Shown: in pieces, positions 31,184-40,940 of the stretch
Position numbering within the stretch: the stretch's first letter is position 1
Layout of the letters: every line of letters starts with the position of its first letter
Assembly (NCBI GenBank): GCA_037445065.1
Contig: JBBILD010000013.1
Coordinates: forward strand, 34,992-98,991
Origin: Myxococcales bacterium
GTDB taxonomy: Bacteria; Desulfobacterota; Binatia; HRBIN30
Direction: 5' to 3'
Length of the DNA stretch: 64,000 nt
Translations under genes and position numbers: made by a program
The notes under the pieces: model-generated
Told to the model about the DNA's origin: nothing
Databases searched by the model: none
The model's input: the letters and a program-made list of their open reading frames with translations, nothing else

Positions 31184-31636
31184 TTACTTTTTGCGCGGCG
31201 TCAGATCGAGGTCCGGCGGCGGAGTGTCCGGCAGGCGCCACACGATGTACGGTTTGTCTTTGAGTTCGTGGTACGCATTGGCGGCCTCGACGGCCTTGTG
31301 GAAGGCCACTTCGAATGCCGCAAAGTCTTCCTTCTTGATTGCCTCCTGCACCGGAGTCCAGTTCTCTTCCAAAAACTGATTCAACGCAGCCTCGTGCTTG
31401 GGGCGTGTAAACGCTCCCAGTTCCATCAGCCCGCGGATTTCCTTGGCCTGGAACTGGGCGAGCGGCCAGTTGCCTGCCTTCGCCGCATAGTACAGCTTCC
31501 AAGTTCGCTGCCCGATCTCCGGCATGATCCGCCCGAGACCCGGCTGGATCGCTGCCAGGTCCTCGATGGACATGTCTCGATGGCCACTCCAAAAAGTCAA
31601 CGCTTTCAAGCGCTCGAGCAAAGTTTGATCGTCCAT
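31184..31636 (-). CDS. Four-helix cytochrome b562/c'-like hypothetical protein
   Basis: PGLGRIM, KLYYAAKAGNWPLA and C-terminal ANAYH; no Cys and no signal peptide. Confidence 0.65.
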   Translation of the reverse strand: MDDQTLLERLKALTFWSGHRDMSIEDLAAIQPGLGRIMPEIGQRTWKLYYAAKAGNWPLAQFQAKEIRGLMELGAFTRPKHEAALNQFLEENWTPVQEAIKKEDFAAFEVAFHKAVEAANAYHELKDKPYIVWRLPDTPPPDLDLTPRKK

Positions 31637-31789
31637 CCTCCCGTTCCCTCCGAACGTTTGTCCACTTGGTGGCGCCGGTGGTTAGCACGGCGCGGCAGCG
31701 CAAGTAAAGTGAGCCGCCCCGCCCTGGAGCCGCGTGCGCCACCTTGTTATTCTTCGCGCGCCATTTGCCCTGGCCACATTGGCCGCACC

Positions 31790-33406
31790 ATGAGCCAGCA
31801 AGACAAAGCTCTTCGCGATCAACTCGAGCGCGTCCGCGACTACATGCAAGGTTGCGGCCTGCGGGACGGGGTGGCCGGGCAGCAACGCCTTCGGCTTGCG
31901 GCCCTCATGCGCCGCCTCGCGCCGGCCATCGTGCCGCGCTGGATCGAAACTGTGGGTCCTGCCTTCGGCATCCCCGAAGCGCAGCGGCCGCAGGTCTGCC
32001 AATGGATGATGGAAGCGGTCGAGCGCTGGGCCCGGTACATTGCCGACCCGGAGGACGTCGAGACCTACGTCTACCTTCGCAACCACGCCCGGCGCGGGTT
32101 CATCTCCCATTTCCCTGCCTCGCGCTTCCTGGCCGGACAAAAGGCGCTGGTGCGCTTGTTTCGCGAGGCCATCGGGGAGGAATTCCGCCACCAGCCAAGC
32201 GAGTGCGATCGCTTGCTGCGCCTCCTTGATCAGGAGTTTGCGGAACGGATCCTCAACATCACAGACTTTTTTGTCGCCGGCCGCGAGGAGGACTTGCGCG
32301 AACAAGAAGCGAGCTACCGGCAAGCCGTGGACAACGCTCCCGCGGCGATTTTCCGGGTGGACCGCGACTTCGGTGTGATCCTTGGCGCCAGCAAGGTGGC
32401 CGAACGGCTCGTCGGCCGCAAGCGCGACGATCTCATCGGCATGCGCATCTGGGAGCTAGTACCTGCAGAGGAGCGAGCCCACGCCCAGCGCTTGCTCGAA
32501 GAGACGCGCCGCAGAGGCCACGCACACCGGGACGACCTGCACCTGCAGCGCAGCGACGGCTCTCGCATCCCTGTGTTCTGGAACGCTGGTCTCATCGAGT
32601 ACGCGGACCAGCGGTTCTTCCAAGTGATTTGCGTGGACATCTCGGACCGCAAACGCTTGGAGAGCCAACTCATCCAATCGGAAAAAATGGCCGCCATCGG
32701 CCAGCTCGCTGCCGGCATCGCCCACGAAATCCGCAACCCGCTCAGCATTATCGCCAACGCCCTGTTCGATCTGGCCGAGATCCTCGGCGACCGGCCCCCT
32801 GAGGTGGACGAGGACCTGCGCATCGCCCTCGAAGAGATGCACCGCGTGCAAGACATCATCAATAATCTGCTCGAGTTCTCGCGCGAGTCGCATGCGGAAC
32901 GCGAGCCGGTGGATGTTGACCAACTGCTGCGCAAGACGCTGCAACTCATGCAGAAGAGCTTGCAGAACAGCGGTGTGCGCGTACGCACCGAACTGGGGGA
33001 CGTCGGCACCTGCATGGCCAACCAAAACGCGCTGCGGCAGGTGTTCCTGAATCTCATCACCAACGCTGTGCAGGCGATGCCCCACGGGGGCGACTTGTTC
33101 ATCCGCACCCGCGCTCTACCCGGGGACCGCATCCGCCTCGAATTCCAAGACACGGGTGTGGGCATCCCCGCCGAGCACCTGAGCAGCATTTTCAACCCCT
33201 TTTTCACCACCAAAGAGCCGGGGCAGGGTACCGGGCTCGGCCTCTCCGTGGTGCACTCGGTGGTCAAACGTCACCGCGGCGAGATCCGAGTGGACAGCGA
33301 GGTCAACCAGGGAACCACGTTTACCATTGAACTTCCCCGCGGCTTGCCCCGAGAGGAAGCGAGCTTCACTTGGAACGAGTCGAGCGGCACACCGTGGAAT
33401 CGCTGA
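31790..33406 (+). CDS. Cytoplasmic sensor histidine kinase (helical RsbR-N/globin-like N-terminus, PAS, HisKA, HATPase)
   Basis: QSEKMAAIGQLAAGIAHEIRNP, NAVQAM, DTGVG, FFTTK, GTGLGL; PAS ending VDISDRK. Confidence 0.92.
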   Translation: MSQQDKALRDQLERVRDYMQGCGLRDGVAGQQRLRLAALMRRLAPAIVPRWIETVGPAFGIPEAQRPQVCQWMMEAVERWARYIADPEDVETYVYLRNHARRGFISHFPASRFLAGQKALVRLFREAIGEEFRHQPSECDRLLRLLDQEFAERILNITDFFVAGREEDLREQEASYRQAVDNAPAAIFRVDRDFGVILGASKVAERLVGRKRDDLIGMRIWELVPAEERAHAQRLLEETRRRGHAHRDDLHLQRSDGSRIPVFWNAGLIEYADQRFFQVICVDISDRKRLESQLIQSEKMAAIGQLAAGIAHEIRNPLSIIANALFDLAEILGDRPPEVDEDLRIALEEMHRVQDIINNLLEFSRESHAEREPVDVDQLLRKTLQLMQKSLQNSGVRVRTELGDVGTCMANQNALRQVFLNLITNAVQAMPHGGDLFIRTRALPGDRIRLEFQDTGVGIPAEHLSSIFNPFFTTKEPGQGTGLGLSVVHSVVKRHRGEIRVDSEVNQGTTFTIELPRGLPREEASFTWNESSGTPWNR

Positions 33407-34815
33407 AACCGCAAGCTGTTTCCGAAGAGCGCGCACCACTGCGCCACAGCGGCGCAACGGTGCGTACGCTGCTCGTCGAAGACGAGCCGAACATGGTGCG
33501 CACGCTGGCCAAAATCCTCGAGCGGCGCGGCCACCGCGTAGACAGCGCCGCCAACGGCGAGGAGGCCCTGCGGCTGCTCGAGCGCGAAACCTACGATTTG
33601 GTGATCACCGACCTGAACATGCCGGTAATGGACGGCATGCAGCTCTTGCGCGAGATGCGCGCGCGGGGGCTGCAACCGGCCACGCTAGTACTTACCGGCC
33701 ACGGAACCATCCAGTCGGCCGTCGAGGCGATGAAACTGGGAGCCGGTGACTACTTGATCAAACCCTGCCACCCCGAGGAGCTGCTCATCGTGGTGGGGCG
33801 CTTGCTCGAGTTGCGCGCCTTGCGCCGTGAAGTGCAAGTGCTGCGCCGCGCAGCTCGCCGGGAAAGTCGTTTCGGCGAAATGATCGGGCAAAGCCCGGCC
33901 ATGCGCGAGGTGTATCGGATCATCGAGGCGGTGAGCGAGAACAAAAGCAACGTGTTGGTCTGCGGGGAAAATGGGACCGGCAAAGAACTGGTGGCGCGCA
34001 CGATTCACCAGCGCGGGCCGTGGCGCGATCGCCCGTTTCTAGCGGTGAACTGCGGCGCGTTTTCGGAAACGTTGCTGGAAAGCCAACTTTTTGGTCACCG
34101 CCGCGGTGCGTTTACGGGCGCGATTGACGATCATGAAGGGGTGTTCCAAGCGGCCCACGGAGGCACGCTGTTCCTCGACGAGGTCACCGAAATCCCGCTC
34201 TCGCTGCAGGTCAAATTCCTGCGCGCCATTCAAGAGCGGGAGGTGACCCCACTCGGCTCGAACCGGCCGGTCAAATTCGACGTGCGCTTGATTGCAGCCA
34301 CCAACCGCGACGTCGAACAAGCGGTGCGCCAGGGTGCATTTCGCTCCGACCTCTTCTACCGGCTCAACGTGGTCGCCATTCACCTCCCTGCGTTGCGCGA
34401 ACGGCGCGAGGACATTCCGCTGCTGGTGGCTCACTTCGTACAGCGCTTTAGCCGCGACTACGACGTCGAGCCCAAAGCGGTCACGGGAGCCGCAATGCGC
34501 AAGCTCCTCGACTATCACTGGCCTGGCAACATCCGCGAACTGCAAAACGTGATCGAACGTGCCTTTGCTCTCTCGCGCGCTCCGGCCATTGACGTGGAGG
34601 ACCTGCCGGCTGCCGTGCGCAACGGAGGGGCGCACAGCGAGATAGGCGGCCCCGCATCTCCGGAGGATGACGTTCTCACCCTGGCCGAAGTCGAGCGGCG
34701 GGCGATCGTTGCAGCGCTGGCTCGGGCGAGGGGCAACAAAAGCGAGGCGGCCCGCATCCTAGGGATCGACCGGCAGCGCTTGTACCGCAAACTCGAGAAG
34801 TACGGCTTGGCCTGA
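33370..34815 (+). CDS. Sigma54-dependent NtrC/AtoC-family response regulator (start codon uncertain)
   Basis: Receiver LVEDE and TDLNMP; GENGTGKE, GAFTGA, FLDEV, WPGNIREL; Fis-type HTH. Confidence 0.94.
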   Translation: MERVERHTVESLKPQAVSEERAPLRHSGATVRTLLVEDEPNMVRTLAKILERRGHRVDSAANGEEALRLLERETYDLVITDLNMPVMDGMQLLREMRARGLQPATLVLTGHGTIQSAVEAMKLGAGDYLIKPCHPEELLIVVGRLLELRALRREVQVLRRAARRESRFGEMIGQSPAMREVYRIIEAVSENKSNVLVCGENGTGKELVARTIHQRGPWRDRPFLAVNCGAFSETLLESQLFGHRRGAFTGAIDDHEGVFQAAHGGTLFLDEVTEIPLSLQVKFLRAIQEREVTPLGSNRPVKFDVRLIAATNRDVEQAVRQGAFRSDLFYRLNVVAIHLPALRERREDIPLLVAHFVQRFSRDYDVEPKAVTGAAMRKLLDYHWPGNIRELQNVIERAFALSRAPAIDVEDLPAAVRNGGAHSEIGGPASPEDDVLTLAEVERRAIVAALARARGNKSEAARILGIDRQRLYRKLEKYGLA

Positions 34816-34866
34816 GGCAGCACCTGCCTCGGTGCTCTCCGCAAGCGGTGTTCAGCGCCAGTGGTT

Positions 34867-35748
34867 TCAGCCGCCGACTACGGCCTCGGCCCACGCTTCG
34901 GGTGCTTCCATCTGGGGATAGTGGCCCACCCCTTCGAGGACCGCGAGCGGCGCTCGTGCCATCTCCGACAGTCGCTTTCCGATCTCCAGGACCGCAATCG
35001 GGTCCCGGTCACCCCAGACGATGCGCACAGGGACCCGCGTGCGCGCAAAAATCGAGCGCCAGCGCTGCGCGTACTGGCGGCGCTCCAGGTTGTACCGGGC
35101 AATGCGCCCAATCCCCTCGAGACCACCGTTGTAAGCGAGCCAATAAGCGATGGCGCGCAAGTGCACCTGCGGGGTGCGCGAGGGGTCGGCCCACAAGAAG
35201 CGAAAGCCCTCGGCAAAGCGTTCCGCATCGTACGACTCCCGAAACGCCTTGGCGCCCTCGTCGGTCATGAGCGCTTCCTGCAGCGGGGTGAGATGCGCAA
35301 GCTCGATCAAGTGGCTGCCGTTGCACAGGACGAGCGCCTCCATCGCGAACGGCAGCTTGCCCTCCTCCTGCTGGCACAGCATTTCCACCGCAATGGTGAG
35401 CCCCATGTCGTGACCAACCACTACGGCGCGCTCGATCCCCAACTGCGAGACGACTTCCCCTCCGCGGCGCGCCTGGTCGAGCAACGAATACGAAACGGAG
35501 GAGTCCCACGGCTTGTCGGAAAAGCCGAAGCCAAGGTGATCCCAAGTGGTGACTCGGTAGCCGGAGATCAAGTACGGCAGCGCCAAGGCAAAGTCGTGAC
35601 TCGACGAAGGAAAGCCGTGCAAGAGCACCAAATCCGGCCCGCTGCCCTCTTGTACCGCAAAGATGCGGTGTCCTTCCTTCAACTGCAGAAACCTGCCGCG
35701 CGCCTGCCAGGATGCAAACACTTCCGCAACATCGCCCGGGAGATCCAT
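34867..35748 (-). CDS. Alpha/beta hydrolase (MEST/epoxide hydrolase-like)
   Basis: LHGFPSSS, GFGFSDKP, GHDMG, WGDRDP, GHYPQME. Confidence 0.9.
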   Translation of the reverse strand: MDLPGDVAEVFASWQARGRFLQLKEGHRIFAVQEGSGPDLVLLHGFPSSSHDFALALPYLISGYRVTTWDHLGFGFSDKPWDSSVSYSLLDQARRGGEVVSQLGIERAVVVGHDMGLTIAVEMLCQQEEGKLPFAMEALVLCNGSHLIELAHLTPLQEALMTDEGAKAFRESYDAERFAEGFRFLWADPSRTPQVHLRAIAYWLAYNGGLEGIGRIARYNLERRQYAQRWRSIFARTRVPVRIVWGDRDPIAVLEIGKRLSEMARAPLAVLEGVGHYPQMEAPEAWAEAVVGG

Positions 35749-36059
35749 GGGCCCAGCAAGGCAGAACGCTGCGCATCGAGCAAGCCGGCCCCCGGTTGCC
35801 CGCAGGGTTCGCTCGGCCCTTACCCGCTGCCCTGCCACAACACCGCGGGTAGGGGCCGGCAGGTCTGCCCCGGCTGCTTTCTTTACAGGTGCTGGCTGCT
35901 GCTCTGACAAAGGCGGGTTGCGTCCCACAGTCTGCGGAAAACGTCCTGCCCTGCGCGGCGGCTCTCTACCCATTGGCACGCGGGCCTGCCCCCCTGCTAT
36001 GCGGCTGGCGCGGCAGGCCGCTCGCTCAGTGGCGAATGCGCCGTGCTGGGAGGAGTGCG

Positions 36060-37166
36060 ATGGCTCACGTCGAAATCCAAGAGCAGGGCAATGTCGTGCG
36101 CGCCCGGGTGCGCTCGCGGATGGACCTGAGCAGCGCACCCGAGCTGCTGGCAGAGTTAGTGCGTGCCGCCGGTTCTCAGCCGCGCCGCGTGGAGTTGGAT
36201 CTCTCTGCCGTTCCCTATTTCGACAGTGGCGGCGGCGCGGTGGTGCTCGAGCTGCGCCGGCACATCGAGCAGCGCGGCGGCGAACTCGTGCTCACCGCCA
36301 GCACGCCGGCCATTGACGGCTTTCTGGCGCTGCTCGACGTGCGGCGCATTTTCCAGCCCGTGCCCAGCCCACCACCAACTCCGTTCTTGGCCAAGATCGG
36401 AGAAGGCACGTTGCAAGTGTTGCGGGATGCGCGCGAGCTGGTTGCCTTCACGGGCGAGGTGGTGCTGGGTCTGTACGACGCCTTCCGCCACCCGCGCCGC
36501 ATTCGCTGGCGGGAGACGTGGCTGTACATGGAGCGTGCGGGGGTGGATGGCATTCCCATCGTGGTCTTGATCAGCTTTCTCATGGGGCTAATCACCGCCT
36601 TCCAAGCGGCGGTGCAACTCCAGCAGTTCGGTGCGGACATCTATGTGGCTGACCTGGTCGGCCTGTCCGTCACCCGCGAACTCGGCCCGCTCATGACCGC
36701 GATTATCGCTGCCGGCCGTTCGGGAGCGGCGTTCGCTGCCGAAATCGGCACCATGAAGGTTTCCGAGGAAGTGGATGCGCTCACCACCATGGGCCTCGAC
36801 CGCACCCGGTTTTTGGTCACCCCGAAAGTGCTGGCGTTGTTAGCCATGCTCCCCTGCCTCACCGTGCTTGCCGACTTCGTCGGGATTCTGGGCGGGCTGG
36901 TGGTGGCGGTTGGGGGCATGGATCTTCCCGCGCAAGTTTACTTCCGCCAGTTGCGCGCAGCAGTGGTGCCGTGGGACGTTTTGTCCGGCTTGGTCAAAAC
37001 CCTTGCCTTTGCCCTGCTGATCGCCGGGATCGGCTGCTTGCGCGGCTTCCAAGCCAGCATCGGGGCGGAGAGCGTGGGACGCATTACCACCTCTGCGATT
37101 GTCGCCGCGATCTTCCTGATCATCCTCGCCGACGCGGTCTTCACCGTACTCTTTCACTACTGGTGA
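36060..37166 (+). CDS. mlaE: STAS-MlaE fusion ABC permease
   Basis: N-terminal STAS-like DLSAVPYFDSGG; RELGPLMTA, AGRSG, EIGTMKVSEEVDAL. Confidence 0.9.
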   Translation: MAHVEIQEQGNVVRARVRSRMDLSSAPELLAELVRAAGSQPRRVELDLSAVPYFDSGGGAVVLELRRHIEQRGGELVLTASTPAIDGFLALLDVRRIFQPVPSPPPTPFLAKIGEGTLQVLRDARELVAFTGEVVLGLYDAFRHPRRIRWRETWLYMERAGVDGIPIVVLISFLMGLITAFQAAVQLQQFGADIYVADLVGLSVTRELGPLMTAIIAAGRSGAAFAAEIGTMKVSEEVDALTTMGLDRTRFLVTPKVLALLAMLPCLTVLADFVGILGGLVVAVGGMDLPAQVYFRQLRAAVVPWDVLSGLVKTLAFALLIAGIGCLRGFQASIGAESVGRITTSAIVAAIFLIILADAVFTVLFHYW

Positions 37167-37961
37167 GTGATGCCGGCAGATCCGATTATCGAAGTGCGCA
37201 ATCTCGTTGCTCGCTACGGCGAGCGCACCATCCTCGAGAACGTCTCCTTCCGCGTGCGCCGGGGCGAGCGCTTAGTTATCGTTGGCGGCTCGGGCTGCGG
37301 CAAAACCACCTTACTCCGCCACCTGATCGGTTTGCAGCGCCCGGCCGCGGGTGAGGTTTGGATTGACGGTGCCGAGGTGGGTCAGGCCAACGAGGAAGAG
37401 CTGCGCCGCATCCAACGCAAGTTCGGGGTGCTGTTTCAGTCCGGGGCCCTGTTCGGCTCGCTGACCCTGGGAGAGAACGTGGCCCTGCCTCTGGAGGAAT
37501 ACACCAACTTACCGCGCCCGCTGATCGACATGGTGGTGCGCCTCAAGCTCAGCATGGTCCGCCTCGACGGCTACGAGGAGTTCCGCATTGCCGAGCTTTC
37601 TGGAGGCATGAAAAAGCGGGCGGGCTTGGCCCGGGCGATGGCGCTCGACCCCACGATCTTGTTCTTCGACGAGCCGTCGGCGGGCCTCGACCCGATCACC
37701 TCGGCCGAACTCGACCACCTGATCCTACAAATCAACCGCAGCCTCGGAACGACCATTGTGGTGGTGACCCACGAACTCTCCAGCATCTTCACCATTGCCG
37801 AGCGCGCGCTCATGCTCGACGGCGCCGCGCGCGGCATCATTGCCGAGGGAGATCCGAAGTGGCTTCGCGATCATAGCGAGGATCCGCGCGTGCGCGCCTT
37901 TTTCAACCGCCAGCCGCTGACGCAGGAAAGGAGCGAGAACCGTGGCAACCGAAGCGCATAA
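37167..37961 (+). CDS. mlaF: MlaF-like ABC ATPase
   Basis: GGSGCGKT, FQSGALF, LSGGMKKR, FDEPSAGLDP. Confidence 0.92.
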   Translation: MMPADPIIEVRNLVARYGERTILENVSFRVRRGERLVIVGGSGCGKTTLLRHLIGLQRPAAGEVWIDGAEVGQANEEELRRIQRKFGVLFQSGALFGSLTLGENVALPLEEYTNLPRPLIDMVVRLKLSMVRLDGYEEFRIAELSGGMKKRAGLARAMALDPTILFFDEPSAGLDPITSAELDHLILQINRSLGTTIVVVTHELSSIFTIAERALMLDGAARGIIAEGDPKWLRDHSEDPRVRAFFNRQPLTQERSENRGNRSA

Positions 37962-38880
37962 GCTGCAAGTGGGTGCGTTGGTGATCTCCGCCACCGTCTT
38001 TTTGGTGGCCGGACTGATCTGGCTCGGCGCAACGCGCTTTTTCGAGCCTTCGGAGTCGTTCGTCACCTACTTCAACGAATCGGTGCAAGGTCTCGATGTG
38101 GGTGCTCCCGTGAAATACCGCGGGGTGAGCGGTGGCCGGGTGGCGAGGATCGGGATTGCCCCCGACGGCGAGCTGATCGAGGTGCGCATGGAGATTGATC
38201 CTGCCGTCGCAAACGCCGTCCGCCGCGATCCGAGCCTGCGCGCTACCCTCGAACTGAGCGGCATTACGGGCCTGCGCTACGTGGAGATCGAGCGCAAGGA
38301 GGGGGATGCACTCAAGCAATCACCGCCCCTCAGCTTCTCCCCGCCTGCCGAGGTCATTCCCTCCGCACGCTCGAGCTTCAAGGCCATCCAGGTCGCTCTG
38401 AGCGACGTCTACGACCGCTTTATGCAAGTGGACTACAAGGGCATTTCTGACGATGCACGGCGCGCCTTCCAAGCTGCCACCGCCCTCATGCAGGATGAGC
38501 GCATTGATGCGCTGCTCACCAATCTCAAGAACACCACGCAGACCGTGCAGCAACTGGCCAGCAACCTCGAGAGCATGACTCGTGGCGTGCGCCTGGCACC
38601 CGCGGTGGAAAACGCCACGCAAGCATCGGCTGAGGCCAAGCAACTGTTTACGGACCTGGCGCGAGGCAAAACCGGGCAAGAGCTGGCACGTGCCATTACC
38701 CAGCTCAACGCGCTCGTACAAAGCACACAACAAGCTGTGATCAGCATGCAGTACACGCTGGAGAGGCTCGACCGAGCCGCTGTGAACCTGCAGGGACTCA
38801 CCGATCAACTCCGCGTGCAGCCTTCGCGGCTGCTGTTCAGCCCGCCGCCCGCGGAGGGACAGGAAGGGGGTGTGGAGTGA
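37942..38880 (+). CDS. MCE/MlaD-family protein with a helical extension
   Basis: N-terminal TM, YFNESVQGLDVGAPVKYRGV, GITGLRYVE, PSRLLF. Confidence 0.9.
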   Translation: MATEAHKLQVGALVISATVFLVAGLIWLGATRFFEPSESFVTYFNESVQGLDVGAPVKYRGVSGGRVARIGIAPDGELIEVRMEIDPAVANAVRRDPSLRATLELSGITGLRYVEIERKEGDALKQSPPLSFSPPAEVIPSARSSFKAIQVALSDVYDRFMQVDYKGISDDARRAFQAATALMQDERIDALLTNLKNTTQTVQQLASNLESMTRGVRLAPAVENATQASAEAKQLFTDLARGKTGQELARAITQLNALVQSTQQAVISMQYTLERLDRAAVNLQGLTDQLRVQPSRLLFSPPPAEGQEGGVE

Positions 38881-39527
38881 GGCTGGCGCTGCGCGTCCTG
38901 CACGTTGTCTGTTTCACACTGCTCGCCGCTGGGTGCGGCGCTCTGCTGCCCTCGATGCCGAGCCCGCGCGACTTCTTGCTCGAGTATCCGCCACCACCCC
39001 CATTTGCCACTCGGCTACCCGTGATTTTGCGCCTCGCCCCCGTGCGCGCTGCGGCGGTGTACGACCGCGAGCCCATCGCGTACAGTCCAGCGCCGTACCG
39101 CGTCGGATACTATCACTACCACCGCTGGGTAACGGCGCCGAGCCAAATGATCACCGACCTCCTGGCCCGCGACTTCCTGGCCGCGGAGGCGTTCCGCGCC
39201 GTCCAACTCGGGCCCTCGGTGCTGGCGGCGGACTACCAGTTGGACGTGCGCCTGGACCGGCTCGAAGAACGCATCGAGGGGCAAACCTGCACGGCGGTGC
39301 TCGTGCTGCGCGCCAGCCTGCAGGACTTGCATGGCCGCGGCTCGGAATCGGTCGTACTGCAAAAGCGCTATGAACAGAGCAACCCGGTCCCGTGCAAAAC
39401 CCCAGCGGCGCTGCCCGCGGCCTTTAGCCGCGCTCTGCAAGAAATCAGCACCGCACTCGTACGCGACGTGTGCCAGACCGTGGCCAGCCTGCAACAAAAG
39501 CCAGCGCTTTCGTTGTCCGCGCGTTGA
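38877..39527 (+). CDS. PqiC-like ABC auxiliary lipoprotein
   Basis: Lipobox LAAG-C, YHRWVTAPSQM, position directly after the MCE gene. Confidence 0.82.
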   Translation: MRLALRVLHVVCFTLLAAGCGALLPSMPSPRDFLLEYPPPPPFATRLPVILRLAPVRAAAVYDREPIAYSPAPYRVGYYHYHRWVTAPSQMITDLLARDFLAAEAFRAVQLGPSVLAADYQLDVRLDRLEERIEGQTCTAVLVLRASLQDLHGRGSESVVLQKRYEQSNPVPCKTPAALPAAFSRALQEISTALVRDVCQTVASLQQKPALSLSAR

Positions 39528-39548
39528 ACGGCTGCTAACCCCGCCGCG

Positions 39549-40922
39549 ATGCGCTGGCGTCCGGCTGTGTGGTTGTGGTTCGTCTGGCTTTGCGCGGCGC
39601 CCACTTGGGCGAGTGCTGCCTCCTACCAGGAGCGCGTGCGCGAACACCAACTGGCCAACGGTCTCAAAGTGCTCCTACTCGAGGAACACAAAGCGCCGGT
39701 GGTGGTGTTCCAAGTGTGGTACCGGGTCGGCTCGCGCAACGAAGAGCTCGGGAAAACCGGGCTTTCGCACTTGCTCGAGCACCTCATGTTCAAAGGTACG
39801 GAAAAACGAGGCCCCGAAGAGTACTCGCGGATCATCCAGCGCAATGGGGGGAACGAGAACGCATTTACGGACTCGGACAACACCACCTACTTCGCCACCC
39901 TGGCCAGCGATCGCATCGAGGTCGTCCTCGATCTCGAGTCGGACCGCATGGTGAACCTACGGTTCGGCGAGGACCAGTTCCGCCCCGAGCACCAAGTCGT
40001 GATCGAAGAGCGCCGGCTGCGCACGGAGGACAACCCTGCCGCCGCGCTGTTCGAACTCCTCGCTGCCACTGCCTACGTCGCTCATCCCTACGGCTGGCCG
40101 ATCATTGGCTGGATGGACGACCTGCGCCAGGCCACGCGCGAAGACGCCCTCGCCTACTACCGCCTTCACTACGCGCCCAACAACGCCTTCCTGGTGATGG
40201 TTGGCGACTTCGACAGCCAACAAATGATCGCTGCGGTGGAACACTGGTTCGGTCCCCTGCCACGCGGCGCCGAGCCACCCAAAGTGCGCGCCGTCGAGCC
40301 CGAACAAAAAGGGGAGCGCCGCGCCTTGCTGCGGCGGCCTGCCGAGCTTCCCTTCGTGGCCATCGTCCACCATGTGCCCAACCTCAAACATCCCGATGCG
40401 CCGGCACTCGAAGTGCTGAGCGCCATTCTCGCCGAGGGAAAAAGTTCCCGCTTGTACGAGCGCCTCGTGTACCGCAAACGGCTAGCCCGCTCGGCGGGGG
40501 CGCAGTACGACTACACCCAACACGACCCTGGGTTGTTCACGCTTTATGCGCAGCCCATGCCGGGAAAAAGCGCAGCGGAACTCGAGCGGGCACTGCTCGC
40601 GGAAGTGCGCGAATTACAACAGCAGCCGGTCAGCGCGCGGGAGTTAGAAAAAGCCAAAAATACGCTCGAAGCGGGCTTCTTGCTGGCGCAAGATTCGCTC
40701 TTTTACCAAGCCCTCCTGCTTGGCCAGTACGAAATCGCCGACCGCTGGCAGCGGATTGACGACTATGTGCCCGCGATCCGTGCCGTAACTGCGCAAGACG
40801 TGCAGCGGGTGGCGCGCCAGTACTTGGCGGCGGACAACCGCACCGTTGCCACTCTCGAACCCTTGCCACTTCCGCCCGGCAAGCGGGTAGAAAGCGGCCT
40901 TCCCGCCGGACCCCTGCACTGA
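39549..40922 (+). CDS. M16-family zinc peptidase, catalytic subunit
   Basis: Signal peptide; GLSHLLEHLMFKGT (HxxEH), NAFT, EERRLR. Confidence 0.93.
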   Translation: MRWRPAVWLWFVWLCAAPTWASAASYQERVREHQLANGLKVLLLEEHKAPVVVFQVWYRVGSRNEELGKTGLSHLLEHLMFKGTEKRGPEEYSRIIQRNGGNENAFTDSDNTTYFATLASDRIEVVLDLESDRMVNLRFGEDQFRPEHQVVIEERRLRTEDNPAAALFELLAATAYVAHPYGWPIIGWMDDLRQATREDALAYYRLHYAPNNAFLVMVGDFDSQQMIAAVEHWFGPLPRGAEPPKVRAVEPEQKGERRALLRRPAELPFVAIVHHVPNLKHPDAPALEVLSAILAEGKSSRLYERLVYRKRLARSAGAQYDYTQHDPGLFTLYAQPMPGKSAAELERALLAEVRELQQQPVSARELEKAKNTLEAGFLLAQDSLFYQALLLGQYEIADRWQRIDDYVPAIRAVTAQDVQRVARQYLAADNRTVATLEPLPLPPGKRVESGLPAGPLH

Positions 40923-40940
40923 GTTCCGAGGAGAGAAGAA

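Noticed and set aside
30584..31789. N-terminal 400 aa of the 940-aa kinase ORF
   Set aside because: Overlaps two better-supported minus-strand genes; the true start is likely ATG 31790
35973..35990. Sigma54 promoter TGGCAC...TGC upstream of mlaE (and a similar one near 56192-56205 on the minus strand)
   Set aside because: GG-to-GC spacing is 11 and 9 nt respectively, not the required 10
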